Origin: Candidatus Bathyarchaeia archaeon
Lineage (GTDB): Archaea; Thermoproteota; Bathyarchaeia; Bathyarchaeales; Bathycorpusculaceae
Length of the DNA stretch: 64,000 nucleotides
NCBI GenBank assembly: GCA_038883795.1
Contig: JAVZLK010000007.1
Coordinates: forward strand, 22,111-86,110
Direction of reading: 5' to 3'
A program made the translations under genes and the position numbers. Position 1 is the stretch's first letter. Each line of letters opens with the position of its first letter. This document shows positions 49,002 through 59,391 of the stretch, one piece after another. The notes under the pieces are model-generated. The model saw only the letters and a program-made list of their open reading frames with translations. It searched no databases and had not been told where the DNA came from.

Positions 49002-50349
49002 ATTTTTCAACGATAGCGTATAGGACGCTTGTTCCAAACACTAGATTTTCTATGGAAATTCTCTCATCTATTCCATGAGCCATTTTCAGAATTTCTCCAT
49101 AGGATAAATCGGCACGCATGGGTTCAAAACCATAGCATACACTGCCCATTTTTCTAAAGAATCGAGAGTCTGTTCCACCAGTAAGTAGGAATGGCACTGC
49201 AGAACAGTTAGGCTCAAACTCTTTCAGAACATTCACAATCAAATCATAAAGTGGCGTGTTTGTCGGCGATTCTGAAGGGTCATTGGCTTGGATTATTTCA
49301 AAATCCAACTTTTCTAAACCAACATCCTTTAGCAAGTTTTTAATATACTCAAACGCTTCTTTGGTGTTCTGTCCTGGCAGTATTCTGCAGTCAAAAATTG
49401 CTTCACATTCCGATGGAATAATATTCTCTTTAACGCCGCCGTGGATTATTGTGGGAGTTATTGTCATTCTGAGCATAGCTCGAAGCTGTTCAGCCATGGC
49501 TTTGTCTTGCTGGGCTAGCATGTCCAATATTTGGTCGCCCATGTCTGGGTTTTGAAGCAAAAGCGAAACTCCTTGTTTTAGGGTTGGGTTTTCCTTTGCC
49601 ATCTCGTTTAAGAAACCTTTCATTGTTGGTACTATGGAAATTTTTGCCCTATGATTTCCAAGCTTTTCCACAACCCTATTCATGCGCAATATGGCGTTAT
49701 CCGCTGCGCCCGGAACAGAACCGTGTCCCGGGCTGCCTTTGGCTTTAACTTTGAACCATAAAATTCCCTTTTCCGCAGTTTGTATGGTGTAGATGTTTTT
49801 GCCATTTATTGGGATGGCTAGTCCTCCTCCCTCGTTTATAACGTAATCCGCCCGAACCTTTTCTGGATGGTTGCGCACAAGCCATCCTGCTCCAGCTTCT
49901 CCGCCCTTTTCTTCGTCTGCGGTTGCAGCCAATATTATGTCGCCTTTAGGTTTTACGCCATTCCTTTTTAAGAGTTTTATTACCATGACTTCCATGGCTG
50001 TCATGGATTTCATGTCTATTGCGCCGCGTCCCCAAACAAAGCCATCTTTGATTATGCCTCCGAAGGCGTCTACACTCCATTCTTTTGGGTTTGCAGCCAC
50101 CACATCCAAATGGGAAAGCAAAAGTAGGCTTGGCTTTGCTTTTTCTCCTTTAAGCCGTGTTATAACGCTTCCCCTGCCAGGCGAAGACTCTAAAAGTTCA
50201 CATTTGAAACCTTCTTTTTCGAGAGTTTTTGCCAAATATTTTGCCGCTTCCGTTTCGTTTCCAGGAGGGTTTGTAGTGTTTATGCGGATTAAGTCGCTGA
50301 GAAGGTTGGTGATTTCCTCCTCGATTTCCTTTAACATTTGAGCGCCCAT
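48991..50349 (-). CDS. M20/M25/M40 metallopeptidase or deacylase
   Basis: SHLDVV, GRGAIDMK, DEE, NEGG, GHGS, GGTD and HGIDERI motifs. Confidence 0.9.
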   Translation of the reverse strand: MGAQMLKEIEEEITNLLSDLIRINTTNPPGNETEAAKYLAKTLEKEGFKCELLESSPGRGSVITRLKGEKAKPSLLLLSHLDVVAANPKEWSVDAFGGIIKDGFVWGRGAIDMKSMTAMEVMVIKLLKRNGVKPKGDIILAATADEEKGGEAGAGWLVRNHPEKVRADYVINEGGGLAIPINGKNIYTIQTAEKGILWFKVKAKGSPGHGSVPGAADNAILRMNRVVEKLGNHRAKISIVPTMKGFLNEMAKENPTLKQGVSLLLQNPDMGDQILDMLAQQDKAMAEQLRAMLRMTITPTIIHGGVKENIIPSECEAIFDCRILPGQNTKEAFEYIKNLLKDVGLEKLDFEIIQANDPSESPTNTPLYDLIVNVLKEFEPNCSAVPFLLTGGTDSRFFRKMGSVCYGFEPMRADLSYGEILKMAHGIDERISIENLVFGTSVLYAIVEKFMT

Positions 50350-50414
50350 TTTAATGGTTCACCTTTTAGAGCAAACTAATAAAATGCCCATTCCACTTAA
50401 GGTTTTATCCCTCT

Positions 50415-50786
50415 TTAACAGGTGAGGTGGAAAGCTCCAGCAACCCGTTTGCCAGAAGCCAAAATTTTGTTAAAGGTTTGATATGCCTCTTTTGTGGGCT
50501 GAGTTACCAATTCAATTCCATGAGATTTTAGGGCCTCTCCAACCTCATTCGAAACTTTCAAAAGTCCAGAAAAACCTGTGCCAACTACTAAAACTTGAGG
50601 TTTAGGCTCAAAACTGAAAACCTTACCTAAATCTTCCACGAATAATCTGTGGCCTTCCTTTCTCCACCAACCATCAAAAACCTTTTCCTGATAAACTATT
50701 AGGTCGCTTGTGTATCTTTTACCCTTTATAACCATAACACCAAAGTCATAGGACTCTATCATATCAAGCGCACCAATAATAATCAT
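50415..50786 (-). CDS. Mth938-like protein (start probably at MIESY)
   Basis: IESYDFG, WWRKEGH, VVGTG and FHLTC motifs. Confidence 0.85.
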   Translation of the reverse strand: MIIIGALDMIESYDFGVMVIKGKRYTSDLIVYQEKVFDGWWRKEGHRLFVEDLGKVFSFEPKPQVLVVGTGFSGLLKVSNEVGEALKSHGIELVTQPTKEAYQTFNKILASGKRVAGAFHLTC

Positions 50787-50851
50787 TAAAGCTTTTACAA
50801 TTTAAATTTCATCACTCCAAAATATTATTTTAGGGATTAGGAATTAAGAAA

Positions 50852-51436
50852 ATGGAAGTACTGCCTAAAAGTTTCTATAAGAGAGCACCAGACGTTGTAG
50901 CCAAAGAATTGCTTGGAAAAATTTTGGTAAGAAAATTGAATGGTGTGCGTTTGTCTGGGAAGATCGTTGAAACAGAAGCCTATTACGGAGAAAGGGACCC
51001 GGCCTCAAAAGCGTATAAGGGTAGGAAAGGTTTTAATGAACTAATGTTTTTGGATGTTGGAAGAACCTTCATTTACATGGTTCATGGAAACTGGCTTCTA
51101 AACATTGTTGCGCATCCAAAAGGCGATGTTGGAGCTGTTTTGATAAGGGCTCTGGAGCCGATTAATGGACTGGAAATCATGAAAAAGAATAGGAAGGTGA
51201 AGAATCTGCGCTTTTTGACTAATGGTCCTGGAAAACTATCAAAGGCTTTAGCGATAACCAAAGAACTAAACGGGGTTTATGTCACAAAAAGGAACAGCCC
51301 AATAATGGTGATGGAAGGAAAAAGGGAAAGCTTTGAAATTTGTTCGTCCCATAGGATAGGCGTGAAATTTGATTTACCACAAAAACTAAGATTTTTCATA
51401 AAAGGCAACAAGTTTGTCTCTAAAGCCTCTGGCTAA
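50852..51436 (+). CDS. mpg: 3-methyladenine DNA glycosylase (AAG/MPG family)
   Basis: VAKELLGK, IVETEAY, AVLIRALEP, TNGPGKL and RIGV motifs. Confidence 0.92.
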   Translation: MEVLPKSFYKRAPDVVAKELLGKILVRKLNGVRLSGKIVETEAYYGERDPASKAYKGRKGFNELMFLDVGRTFIYMVHGNWLLNIVAHPKGDVGAVLIRALEPINGLEIMKKNRKVKNLRFLTNGPGKLSKALAITKELNGVYVTKRNSPIMVMEGKRESFEICSSHRIGVKFDLPQKLRFFIKGNKFVSKASG

Positions 51437-51482
51437 GATTCTTATTTCTGAAACGCTAAAATTGGTTAGAGAGGAAAAGTCA

Positions 51483-52027
51483 ATGACTTACCAGCAGCCC
51501 AAAATTCTTTCTAAACCGCCTGAATATGCTGTGGCGAAAACTGTGGGTTTAATTTCTGACACCCACATACCAGTAAGGGCTAGAACTATTCCAAAAAGGT
51601 ATTCGAAGTTTTTGAGAAAGTGGATTTTATAGTTCATGCTGGCGATTTGGTGCAATTATCCGTAATTGACGAGTTAGAGCAGTTGGCGCCTGTTTTGGCT
51701 GTTTATGGAAACATGGATGGACCAGAAATTCGTGGAAAACTTCCAAAAATGAATTCTGTTAAGGTTTTTGACTGGAAAATTGGAGTTATGCATGATCCTG
51801 GAGCCCTTTTTGGAATGGGAAAAATGCGTGAAATTGCTAAACAGAACGGTTTTGATGTGCTGGTTTATGGGCATACCCATAATTCAAGCGTAAAATGGGA
51901 AGGAAAAACTTTGTTTATAAATCCTGGAAGCCCCACTAATCCCATTCCGCCTTTTATAACAAAACCGACTTTAGCCTTGCTAAAAATAACAAAAGAAAAA
52001 ATTGTGCCAGAAATAATCCAAATATAG
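51483..52027 (+). pseudogene. YfcE/MJ0936-type metallophosphoesterase, split at an A5 run (51593-51597)
   Basis: ISDTH in the first frame; HAGD, GNMD, GHTH and NPGS in the second; one extra A restores IPKKVFEVFEKVDF. Confidence 0.7.
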
Positions 52028-52028
52028 A

Positions 52029-52463
52029 TTATTCTTTTTCAAAAAATCGTTTGTGTTCCATCATTATGCACTTGTCCATAATTACAGTCAATCCCGCTTT
52101 TCTCGCCTTTTCTGCTGCTTTTTCGTTGACTATTCCAAGCTGCATCCAAACCACATGGGGCAAGCCATGATGCTTTCGCAATTGGATGACTTGTCCAATT
52201 ATTGGCGAAACTTCATCCGATGGTCTGAAAATGGCAACAATCTCCAAGGTTTTTTGAACTTCCTCTGGTATGTCTAAGAGGCTTTTGTAGCTTTTTTCGC
52301 CGAGAATCTCATCTGCCGTTGGGTTTACCGGAATTATGTTGAAGCCATTTTCCTTCAAATATTTAGCAACTCTATAACTGTCTTTTGATGGATCTTTTGA
52401 TAATCCCACAACAGCTACATTCCTATATTTTGACAAAATCTTTCTCAAACCTTCCGAATTCAA
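52029..52463 (-). CDS. CoA-binding protein (YccU-like)
   Basis: VAVVGLS, IIPVNP, IFRPS, WMQLGI and MDKCI motifs. Confidence 0.9.
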   Translation of the reverse strand: MNSEGLRKILSKYRNVAVVGLSKDPSKDSYRVAKYLKENGFNIIPVNPTADEILGEKSYKSLLDIPEEVQKTLEIVAIFRPSDEVSPIIGQVIQLRKHHGLPHVVWMQLGIVNEKAAEKARKAGLTVIMDKCIMMEHKRFFEKE

Positions 52464-52606
52464 ACCTTAACTCTCCAAGAAAAGGTATGCGTTAACTTCA
52501 CTTTAACTTATCTCTCTCCCTAGTATGCAAATGTTGTTTGGCAGAGAGTTTTAAAAGGAGAAGAAGTTGAGCATCTTGATTGATTTGCGAGTGGAGGTTC
52601 GCTTTA

Positions 52607-52744
52607 ATGGAACATTGCAAAAATCCGTGGAACAAAGGGTGCAAAAGTAATGACATTGAAGTTTACATTCTTTTTAGAGGTGAGAAACTACCAATTTGTA
52701 GGCGATGTTGGAGCAGAATAGCCAATAAAGATTTGGAGTGGTAA
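52607..52744 (+). CDS. 45-aa Cys4 zinc-finger microprotein (absent from the ORF track)
   Basis: MEHCKNPWNKGCKSNDIEVYILFRGEKLPICRRCWSRIANKDLEW; GGAGGT SD upstream; stop 3 nt before the next ATG. Confidence 0.75.
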   Translation: MEHCKNPWNKGCKSNDIEVYILFRGEKLPICRRCWSRIANKDLEW

Positions 52745-52747
52745 TGG

Positions 52748-52993
52748 ATGGAGCGGTTTGGCTTAAACACGGCGAAATCCTTCATCGGAAAAAACGTTAA
52801 CCTACATTTGAAAGATGGTTCAGTCATAGTTAATGTTTGTTTTTCAGAGATTTTGAGGGATGAGTTTGGAAGAGAAACCTTCGTTAAATGCGTTCCATAC
52901 AAGAAGCAAAAAGAGTTTAGGATACCCTTAAAGAACATTGCGTGGGCTGAAATCCTAAACTTAAACCTCATTTTGGCTGAAAACAGAAACTAA
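52748..52993 (+). CDS. Small protein with possible Sm/LSm-like fold
   Basis: FIGKNVNLHLKDGSVI resembles Sm1; FRIPLKNIAWAE resembles Sm2. Confidence 0.55.
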   Translation: MERFGLNTAKSFIGKNVNLHLKDGSVIVNVCFSEILRDEFGRETFVKCVPYKKQKEFRIPLKNIAWAEILNLNLILAENRN

Positions 52994-53061
52994 AAAGATT
53001 TTACATAAAAACGTCAAAAACTCTTAAATAAGGAATGACAATTTTTGTCATTGGTGATAAT

Positions 53062-54060
53062 ATGCCTTGCACAGTCATAGCTGGAGCCTTCTGGGGAGAT
53101 GAAGGCAAGGGAAAAATAATTTCCTATTTAGCCTTAAAGGACAAGTTAGATGTTTGTGTAAGGACGGGATCTGTTAACGCTGCCCACACCGTTTGGATTG
53201 AAGGAAAACGTTACGCTTTACACATGGTTCCAGCAGCCTTTGTTTATGAAAAATGTCGCTTGCTTATAGGCGCAGGCTCAAACATTCATGTTGCCCAACT
53301 TCTTAAAGAAATTGAAGAAACAAAGGTTGAAAACCGCATAGGCATAGACCAGCAAGCTTCCATAATTGAAGAGAAACACTCAACCCAAGACAAAACAAGC
53401 ACCCACCTAAAAGGAATTGGAACAACAGGATGGGGGGTTGGACCAGCCATAGAAGAACGAGTTCGCAGAACCGCAAAACTCGCAAAAGACATTCCAGAAC
53501 TAAAGCCATACTTAACCGATGTGGCGGAAGAAGTTAACAACGCCATAGATAAAGGCAAAAAAGTCCTATTGGAAGGAACACAAGGTTTACTATTGTCGCT
53601 TTATCATGGAACATACCCCTACGTGACAGGAAGAGACACAAGCGCCGCAGCCATATGCTCAGAAGCCGGAGTAGGACCAACAAAAGTGAACGACGTCCTA
53701 ATAGTTTTTAAATCCTTCATGACCCGGGTTGGCGCAGGACCATTACCAGGAGAATTAACAAAGGAAGAAGCCATAAAACGTGGATGGTTTGAAACTGCTG
53801 CTGGAACAGGCCGCGACAGACGTTCAGCCCCATTCAATTTTGATTTGGCAAGAAAAGCCGTAAAAATTAATGGCGCAACACAAGCGGCTTTAACGAAACT
53901 TGATGCTGTATATCCAAAATGCAAAGGCGCAAAAACCTATGAAGAGCTTCCAGAAGAAGCGAAGGAATTTGTGAAAGAAATTGAAAGGCAAACGGGCATA
54001 CCCGTTGTGCTTATTGGAACGGGCCCAGAAGCCTTAGACATAATTGACAGAAGAAAATAA
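53062..54060 (+). CDS. purA: Adenylosuccinate synthetase (short archaeal form)
   Basis: WGDEGKGK, EGTQG, GTYPYVT, TRVGAGP and TKLD motifs. Confidence 0.95.
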   Translation: MPCTVIAGAFWGDEGKGKIISYLALKDKLDVCVRTGSVNAAHTVWIEGKRYALHMVPAAFVYEKCRLLIGAGSNIHVAQLLKEIEETKVENRIGIDQQASIIEEKHSTQDKTSTHLKGIGTTGWGVGPAIEERVRRTAKLAKDIPELKPYLTDVAEEVNNAIDKGKKVLLEGTQGLLLSLYHGTYPYVTGRDTSAAAICSEAGVGPTKVNDVLIVFKSFMTRVGAGPLPGELTKEEAIKRGWFETAAGTGRDRRSAPFNFDLARKAVKINGATQAALTKLDAVYPKCKGAKTYEELPEEAKEFVKEIERQTGIPVVLIGTGPEALDIIDRRK

Positions 54061-54139
54061 TTTTCCTTCGCTAACATTGTTTTTAAATGCTCTTTATTTT
54101 CCTTAAAACAAATTAACCGATTTTGACAAATAAAACGCT

Positions 54140-54803
54140 GTGAAGTGTATGGGTAAGATTGTAAGAAGGGTTTACTATTTTGATGAGCCGGGTAAGCAAA
54201 ACACGAAAGAAGTAATAGAAGTTGTTAAGAATGTAATTAAAAAAGCGAAAATAGATTGTTTAATAGTTGCGAGTACATCTGGTGAAACGGCCCTAAGATT
54301 CGCAAAGGCGTTAAAAAATGAAAAAGTTAAGATGATATGCGTTTCTGAACCGCCTTCTAGGAAAATATTCGGCGATAAATGGCCTTGCATCAATAGTAAA
54401 AATCAGAAAAGAGCTGGAAAAATACAATGTGGTTATGGTGGAACGTGTTCCATACAAATTTCATGATTCAGTCCTGGAAATGGCGAAGTGGTATACACCA
54501 ATCCCTGAACACATAGTTGGCGACACCCTTGCCTTCGTTGGAGGGCAAGGATTAAAGGTTGCCGTAGAAGTCATGTTTATGGCGGTGCAAGGAGGTTATG
54601 TTGAGCCAAACAAAGAGGTTATCTCTGTAGCTGGATACGGAGGCGGAGCCGATACTGCCGTAATTTTGAAAACTTGCTTCCCAGAAGACATGTTCTCCGC
54701 AGATGTTGAAAAAAGACCAGAGGTTAGGGAAATAATTGCCATGCCGAGAAAGAAGAAGTACTGGGATTGGGATAGGAGAAGCTGCCTTAAACAATCTTTG
54801 TAA
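54140..54803 (+). pseudogene. Pyruvate kinase C-terminal alpha/beta domain protein (MTH1675-like), split at an A5 run (54398-54402)
   Basis: YFDEPGKQNT and VASTSGETA in the first frame; GQGLKVAVE and GGADTA in the second; deleting one A restores KIRKELEKYNV. Confidence 0.7.
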
Positions 54804-54823
54804 ACATCAAAAATAATAAAAGA

Positions 54824-56068
54824 TTGATAACCATTGGCTTAATAATCTCCAAGTCCCAAGGTGCATGGGGTTCAGGTTTGAGCTTTAACAAGCTACAGAA
54901 TATCTTAAGGTCAAGTTTTCCCTTCTATGTGTTAAGTAGGGATTTGAAACTAATTTATGCATGCAACCTTGTAGGATCTTTTGGGGATGGTCTTTATGCT
55001 TATCTCTTACCATACTATATAACAAACACTCTTAATGCGGGTTCTGTGGAGGTTGGTGTCCTCTACGCTGTAATGACTTTGGTGGCTGCTTCAACGCTGT
55101 TTTTTGCTGGAACCCTTGCAGACAAGTATGACCGCAAAAAGATTATGCTCATTGGATGGCTTGCGTGGTTGCCAGCGCCTATAATTTTCTCTTTTGCAAG
55201 AAACTGGATTGAAATGTTGCCAGGAATGGTTTTGTGGGGTGTTTGGCTTGGCGGTCCAACGGGCACAGCCTACATTGTAAGCGCTGCTGATGAGAAGCGG
55301 GTGACGTTAACTTTTGCCATGATTTCTTCTTCATGGTCTTTTGGATACATTTTCTCTCCTGCCTTTGGCGGTTATTTAGCTGGGATTGTCGGAATGCGAA
55401 CCGTGTTTTATTTAGCCTCAACCTTCTATGCCATTGCCACGCTTATTCTTGTCTTTATTAAAAGTCAAAAGGCAAAGGGCTATGCTGTTCGCTCTTCAGA
55501 GGAAGACATTTCATTTTTTCAGTTATTAAAGACGAGAAGGTTGCTGAAGCTTTCGGTTTTCTTTGCCTCAATGATGTTTATCATAATGATGTTTAGACCT
55601 TTTGTTCCAAAATTTCTTGCGGATGTTTATGGTTATGGCGATTTTGAAATTGGAGTTTTAGGCTCCATATCTTTTTTCGGCTCTGCGGTTTTAGGAATTC
55701 TTATAGGAAAAATTGGAGACAAGTGGAAGAAAGCCTACGCCCTATCAGCTTCTTTGCTCTTGTGCAGTCTCTCCCTTGCGCTTCTCTTGTTTTTTGGAAA
55801 TTTTGAAATATTAACCGTAACATTCTTCTTAACTGGTGGCTCCTACCTAACATGGTCCCTCCTAGGTGCTGTTGTGGGACCTCTGGCTCCAGAATCCATA
55901 AGGGCAAGGTGGGTTTCTGTGCCCCAAACCGTAACTATGTTTGCCTCTTTCATTGCTCCATATATAGGAGGCGTTCTTTACGGCATTTCAGCCTACTACC
56001 CCTTTATGGCAGCAATAGCTGTTGCCTTAGTTTTGGCGTCTGTAGCCTTTGCAATGCAAGACGTTTGA
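54824..56068 (+). CDS. MFS transporter
   Basis: About 12 TM; GTLADKYDRK and GKIGDKWKK motif A copies. Confidence 0.88.
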   Translation: MITIGLIISKSQGAWGSGLSFNKLQNILRSSFPFYVLSRDLKLIYACNLVGSFGDGLYAYLLPYYITNTLNAGSVEVGVLYAVMTLVAASTLFFAGTLADKYDRKKIMLIGWLAWLPAPIIFSFARNWIEMLPGMVLWGVWLGGPTGTAYIVSAADEKRVTLTFAMISSSWSFGYIFSPAFGGYLAGIVGMRTVFYLASTFYAIATLILVFIKSQKAKGYAVRSSEEDISFFQLLKTRRLLKLSVFFASMMFIIMMFRPFVPKFLADVYGYGDFEIGVLGSISFFGSAVLGILIGKIGDKWKKAYALSASLLLCSLSLALLLFFGNFEILTVTFFLTGGSYLTWSLLGAVVGPLAPESIRARWVSVPQTVTMFASFIAPYIGGVLYGISAYYPFMAAIAVALVLASVAFAMQDV

Positions 56069-57244
56069 CTAAGCTTCCCTTTCGCCTAATTCTAACGATA
56101 TTTCCAAAACTGTACCGTTGCGCTTAACTTTCAAATGTATGATGTCTCCCGGGGATTTGTATCTTTCCAAATATATAAGCAAGTCTTCTGGGCAAGTAAC
56201 TGGGCGACCGTCAACTTCTATTATTATGTCTCCTTCCATCAGTTTACCATGTGCTGGTCCATGAGGGTCTATGTAGACCAGATATACTCCACCCAAGTAT
56301 TGGCTATCGCACAGTATGCCCATGTAAGGATGCGTGTAATTGCCTTTGTCAATTAAGGCTGGAACAACCCGGTTAAGAATTATTGAGGGTATAGCAAAAC
56401 CGATTCCTATGAAAGCTGGAATTTCTTCTACGGTTTCTATGGCGAAGGTTACGCCAACAACTTCGCCCAAACCATTTAATAATGGACCACCGGAATTGCC
56501 AGGATTAACCGCAGCATCAAACTGTATAAGATCAACTATGGAATAGTTTCCCCAAGGCGCTGGAACACCCAAATCGCTTAGACGTATGACTCTGCCCAGT
56601 TGGCTGACTATTCCAGCAGTCATAGAACCCCTCCAACCAAACGGGTTTCCAATGGCGTAAACGGGCTCGCCAACCATAAGCATAGTTGAGTTTCCAATAA
56701 TTAGTGGCTGAGATAGCTCAGGTATCTTATTTACCTCATCTTCGTTTATTTTTACCACTGCCAAGTCACTGTAAACGTCATATGCCAAAACCTGGGCTTG
56801 AAGGGTTGTCCCATTAAAAAACGTAACATTAACGCTTACTGCTTTTTCAAAGCCTTGTTGGGTTACTTTGCCGACAACATGGCTGTTTGTAACAATATAT
56901 CCTCTGGCACGATAAACGAAGCCTGACCCTTGAACGCTGGAGCCATCTTGAAGGGTGCATGAAACCAGCACTACGGAATATTTTGTTCTATTGTAGATAT
57001 CAACAGCTGTTAAGTTAATTACTCGCCCATGATATTGGGATTCAATAAGTTCTTGAAGCCGCTGCATTTGAATTAAAAGAGTTTCATACTTACTATCCAA
57101 AATTTCATACTTTTCGTTTAAAGCTTTAAAATCAGCTTTCAAATCCAAATAGATGTAGGCGAAACTTCCGCCCAAAATTAGGCAGACGAGAAACATTAAT
57201 GCAATAAATTTTTTATCAACCATTAATCCGGGAATTTTCTCCAT
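56069..57244 (-). CDS. Membrane-anchored HtrA/DegP-like serine protease with PDZ domain
   Basis: N-terminal TM and coiled coil; TNSHVV, DLAV, GNPFG and GNSGGPL motifs; C-terminal PDZ. Confidence 0.92.
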   Translation of the reverse strand: MEKIPGLMVDKKFIALMFLVCLILGGSFAYIYLDLKADFKALNEKYEILDSKYETLLIQMQRLQELIESQYHGRVINLTAVDIYNRTKYSVVLVSCTLQDGSSVQGSGFVYRARGYIVTNSHVVGKVTQQGFEKAVSVNVTFFNGTTLQAQVLAYDVYSDLAVVKINEDEVNKIPELSQPLIIGNSTMLMVGEPVYAIGNPFGWRGSMTAGIVSQLGRVIRLSDLGVPAPWGNYSIVDLIQFDAAVNPGNSGGPLLNGLGEVVGVTFAIETVEEIPAFIGIGFAIPSIILNRVVPALIDKGNYTHPYMGILCDSQYLGGVYLVYIDPHGPAHGKLMEGDIIIEVDGRPVTCPEDLLIYLERYKSPGDIIHLKVKRNGTVLEISLELGEREA

Positions 57245-57312
57245 ACGTTATGGCTCCTATATTGTTTGTATATAATGCATAACAAAACTGCAATAAATAC
57301 TTAACAAAGCGT

Positions 57313-57390
57313 TGGTGGGGCTGCCCGGATTTGAACCGGGGTCTAGAGAGCCCAAGTCTCCAAGCCTAGACCAAGCTAGCCGACAGCCCC
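57313..57390 (-). tRNA. tRNA-Pro(TGG), CCA encoded
   Basis: Cloverleaf; anticodon arm GGAGA-CTTGGGC-TCTCT. Confidence 0.95.
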
Positions 57391-57463
57391 TCTTCTCTTA
57401 TATTAGAATAATAGAATTTTGAAGGCTTAATTTAAGATTATTCTCTTTAAAATAAAGATTTGT

Positions 57464-57796
57464 TTAGTGTTTTTTGATGCTGCATTGCAACACTTTTGGG
57501 CAGATTAGGCATTCATCTGGGATTGGCATGTCTTTTGGAATTGCGTTTAGGAATCCGAAGTAGTGGGCGCATTTTGCTGGTGTTTCAAAAACCTTTGGGT
57601 ATTCTGCTGGTTTGACGCTTACTATTTTCATGTTTTCTACTGTTATGTCGATTTTTGACATGCAATAGGGACAAGCGTAATAGGTTTCTCTTGGTATTGT
57701 GGAATTATCCGTAAGAATTGTTGGTTTGTCGAAGGTTTTTCCACATCCCTTATAGGGACATTTAAGTTTTTCATCGTGAATGTGGAAAGGCGGCAT
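57464..57796 (-). CDS. Cys-rich double zinc-finger-like hypothetical protein
   Basis: CPYKGC..CPYC and CAHYFG..CLIC..C motifs; GGAGG SD. Confidence 0.75.
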   Translation of the reverse strand: MPPFHIHDEKLKCPYKGCGKTFDKPTILTDNSTIPRETYYACPYCMSKIDITVENMKIVSVKPAEYPKVFETPAKCAHYFGFLNAIPKDMPIPDECLICPKVLQCSIKKH

Positions 57797-57882
57797 GCTT
57801 TGTCCTCCGATATGAATCGTTAATATTAATATTTAATAAACATTTCTGTCCACAAGCACAACAAAAATACACAAAAAACAAA

Positions 57883-57956
57883 AGCCTCGGCCGGGCTTTG
57901 AACCCGGGACCTGCGGTTTACGAGACCGCCGCTCTACCAAGCTGAGCTACCGAGGC
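57883..57956 (-). tRNA. tRNA-Thr(CGT)
   Basis: Cloverleaf; anticodon arm GCGGT-CTCGTAA-ACCGC; no encoded CCA. Confidence 0.95.
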
Positions 57957-58069
57957 ACCACATATCAATTTTTATAAATCACATATTTAAGCAGAAGCAA
58001 ATGAAGAAATTATGAAATGTTAATTTGGAGCTAGGAAAGTCGTTTTAAATAACTTAGAGTGTAGTAAGA

Positions 58070-58345
58070 TTGGGAAATAAGATGAATACAAGTTTACTTG
58101 CGCCATGCACCATTTATTGTGGCAATTGCGCCCTTTACAGAAAAGGTAAATGCTTGGGATGTGCCGAAGAAAGCAAAAAGGCCCAAAGCGTTGGAAAAAT
58201 GTTCTGCGACATTTATTCCTGTGCTAAAGACAAAAACCTAGTTGCATGTTCTGATTGTGGGGATTATCCCTGCGAAAAATATGATAAGGGGATTTTCTCT
58301 GAAAGTTTCATTAAATGGGTTAGGGAGAAACTGAAAGAAACGTGA
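58070..58345 (+). CDS. DUF3795-like Cys-rich protein
   Basis: APCTIYCGNC, CLGC, CDIYSC and CSDCGDYPC motifs. Confidence 0.75.
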   Translation: MGNKMNTSLLAPCTIYCGNCALYRKGKCLGCAEESKKAQSVGKMFCDIYSCAKDKNLVACSDCGDYPCEKYDKGIFSESFIKWVREKLKET

Positions 58346-59364
58346 AAGTTGTAGGGAATAAAAGAATGAAACTACGGAAAAATTTAGGTGAAAGAAAAAT
58401 AATTGAAATCATACAAAATCGCTTAGACTTACTGCCGAAAATGCCCATACCCTTCGGTGATGACGTCTCCGCTTATGACGTTGGAGATGGTAAACTTGCA
58501 GTTTTGAAAGCAGACATGCTCGTTGATAAAACTGATGTTCCACCTGGCATGAGTTTGTGGCAGGCAGCCCGAAAGGCTGTTGTCATGAATATTAGCGATT
58601 TTGCAGCAAAGGGCGTTAAACCATTAGCAATCCTCACATCTCTCGGATTGCCAAGAACACTAACGGAAAAGGACATAGAAGAAATTGGAAGCGGGTTAAA
58701 TGCTGGAGCGCGCGAGTATAGCGCTTATGTTATTGGAGGAGACACAAATGAAGCCTCAGACCTTGTAATCAGCATTTCGCTCTTTGGAACAGCCAAAAAG
58801 GCGGGAATCATGCTGCGGAGCGGAGCAAAAGCTGGCGACGTTGTTGCGGTTACAGGCTTTTTTGGCAAAACAGCCGCTGGATTAAAAATTCTTGTTGACG
58901 GTTTTGAGGCGCCAGCCAAAATTCGCCGTAAGCTTGTGGAATCGGTTTTGATGCCGAAAGCCCGTTTAAAGGAGGGTTTAGCCCTAAGCCAAACAAAGGC
59001 GGTTACGGCATCCATAGACTCAAGTGATGGTTTGGCATGGAGTCTTCATGAAATTGCGAGGGCAAGCAAGGTTGGCTTCTTAATTGATAAATTGCCAATA
59101 GCCAAAGAGGCTGAAAAGTTTGCTGAAATCCATAACCTTAACCCATTAGAGTTGGCGCTTTACGGTGGAGAGGAGTATGAGCTTGTTTTGACTTTAAAGC
59201 CTAAACTTTGGGAAAAAACTGAAAAAGCCATCCGAGAGGTAGGTGGAAAACTCTTGCCCATAGGAAAGGTTAGGGCTGATGAGCAGATTCTTTTAGAAAT
59301 AGACGGAAAGAAGAGTGTTATTGAGCCTCGTGGTTGGGAGCACTTCAGAAGCCTTAAAAGTTAA
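58342..59364 (+). CDS. thiL: Thiamine-monophosphate kinase
   Basis: GE..II, GDD, NISDFAAKG, GGDT, DSSDGL, GGEEYEL and GWEHF motifs. Confidence 0.93.
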   Translation: MKVVGNKRMKLRKNLGERKIIEIIQNRLDLLPKMPIPFGDDVSAYDVGDGKLAVLKADMLVDKTDVPPGMSLWQAARKAVVMNISDFAAKGVKPLAILTSLGLPRTLTEKDIEEIGSGLNAGAREYSAYVIGGDTNEASDLVISISLFGTAKKAGIMLRSGAKAGDVVAVTGFFGKTAAGLKILVDGFEAPAKIRRKLVESVLMPKARLKEGLALSQTKAVTASIDSSDGLAWSLHEIARASKVGFLIDKLPIAKEAEKFAEIHNLNPLELALYGGEEYELVLTLKPKLWEKTEKAIREVGGKLLPIGKVRADEQILLEIDGKKSVIEPRGWEHFRSLKS

Positions 59365-59391
59365 TTTTGAAGTTTATGCCATTGTATTTGA

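Noticed and set aside
51585-51625. Programmed frameshift or intron in the phosphoesterase gene
   Set aside because: A single missing A in a homopolymer; no BHB, and the site is not a canonical X XXY YYZ slippery heptamer in frame. A sequencing indel or recent mutation is more likely.
54390-54430. Recoding or intron in the MTH1675-like gene
   Set aside because: One extra A in an A5 run explains the split; no splice structure seen.
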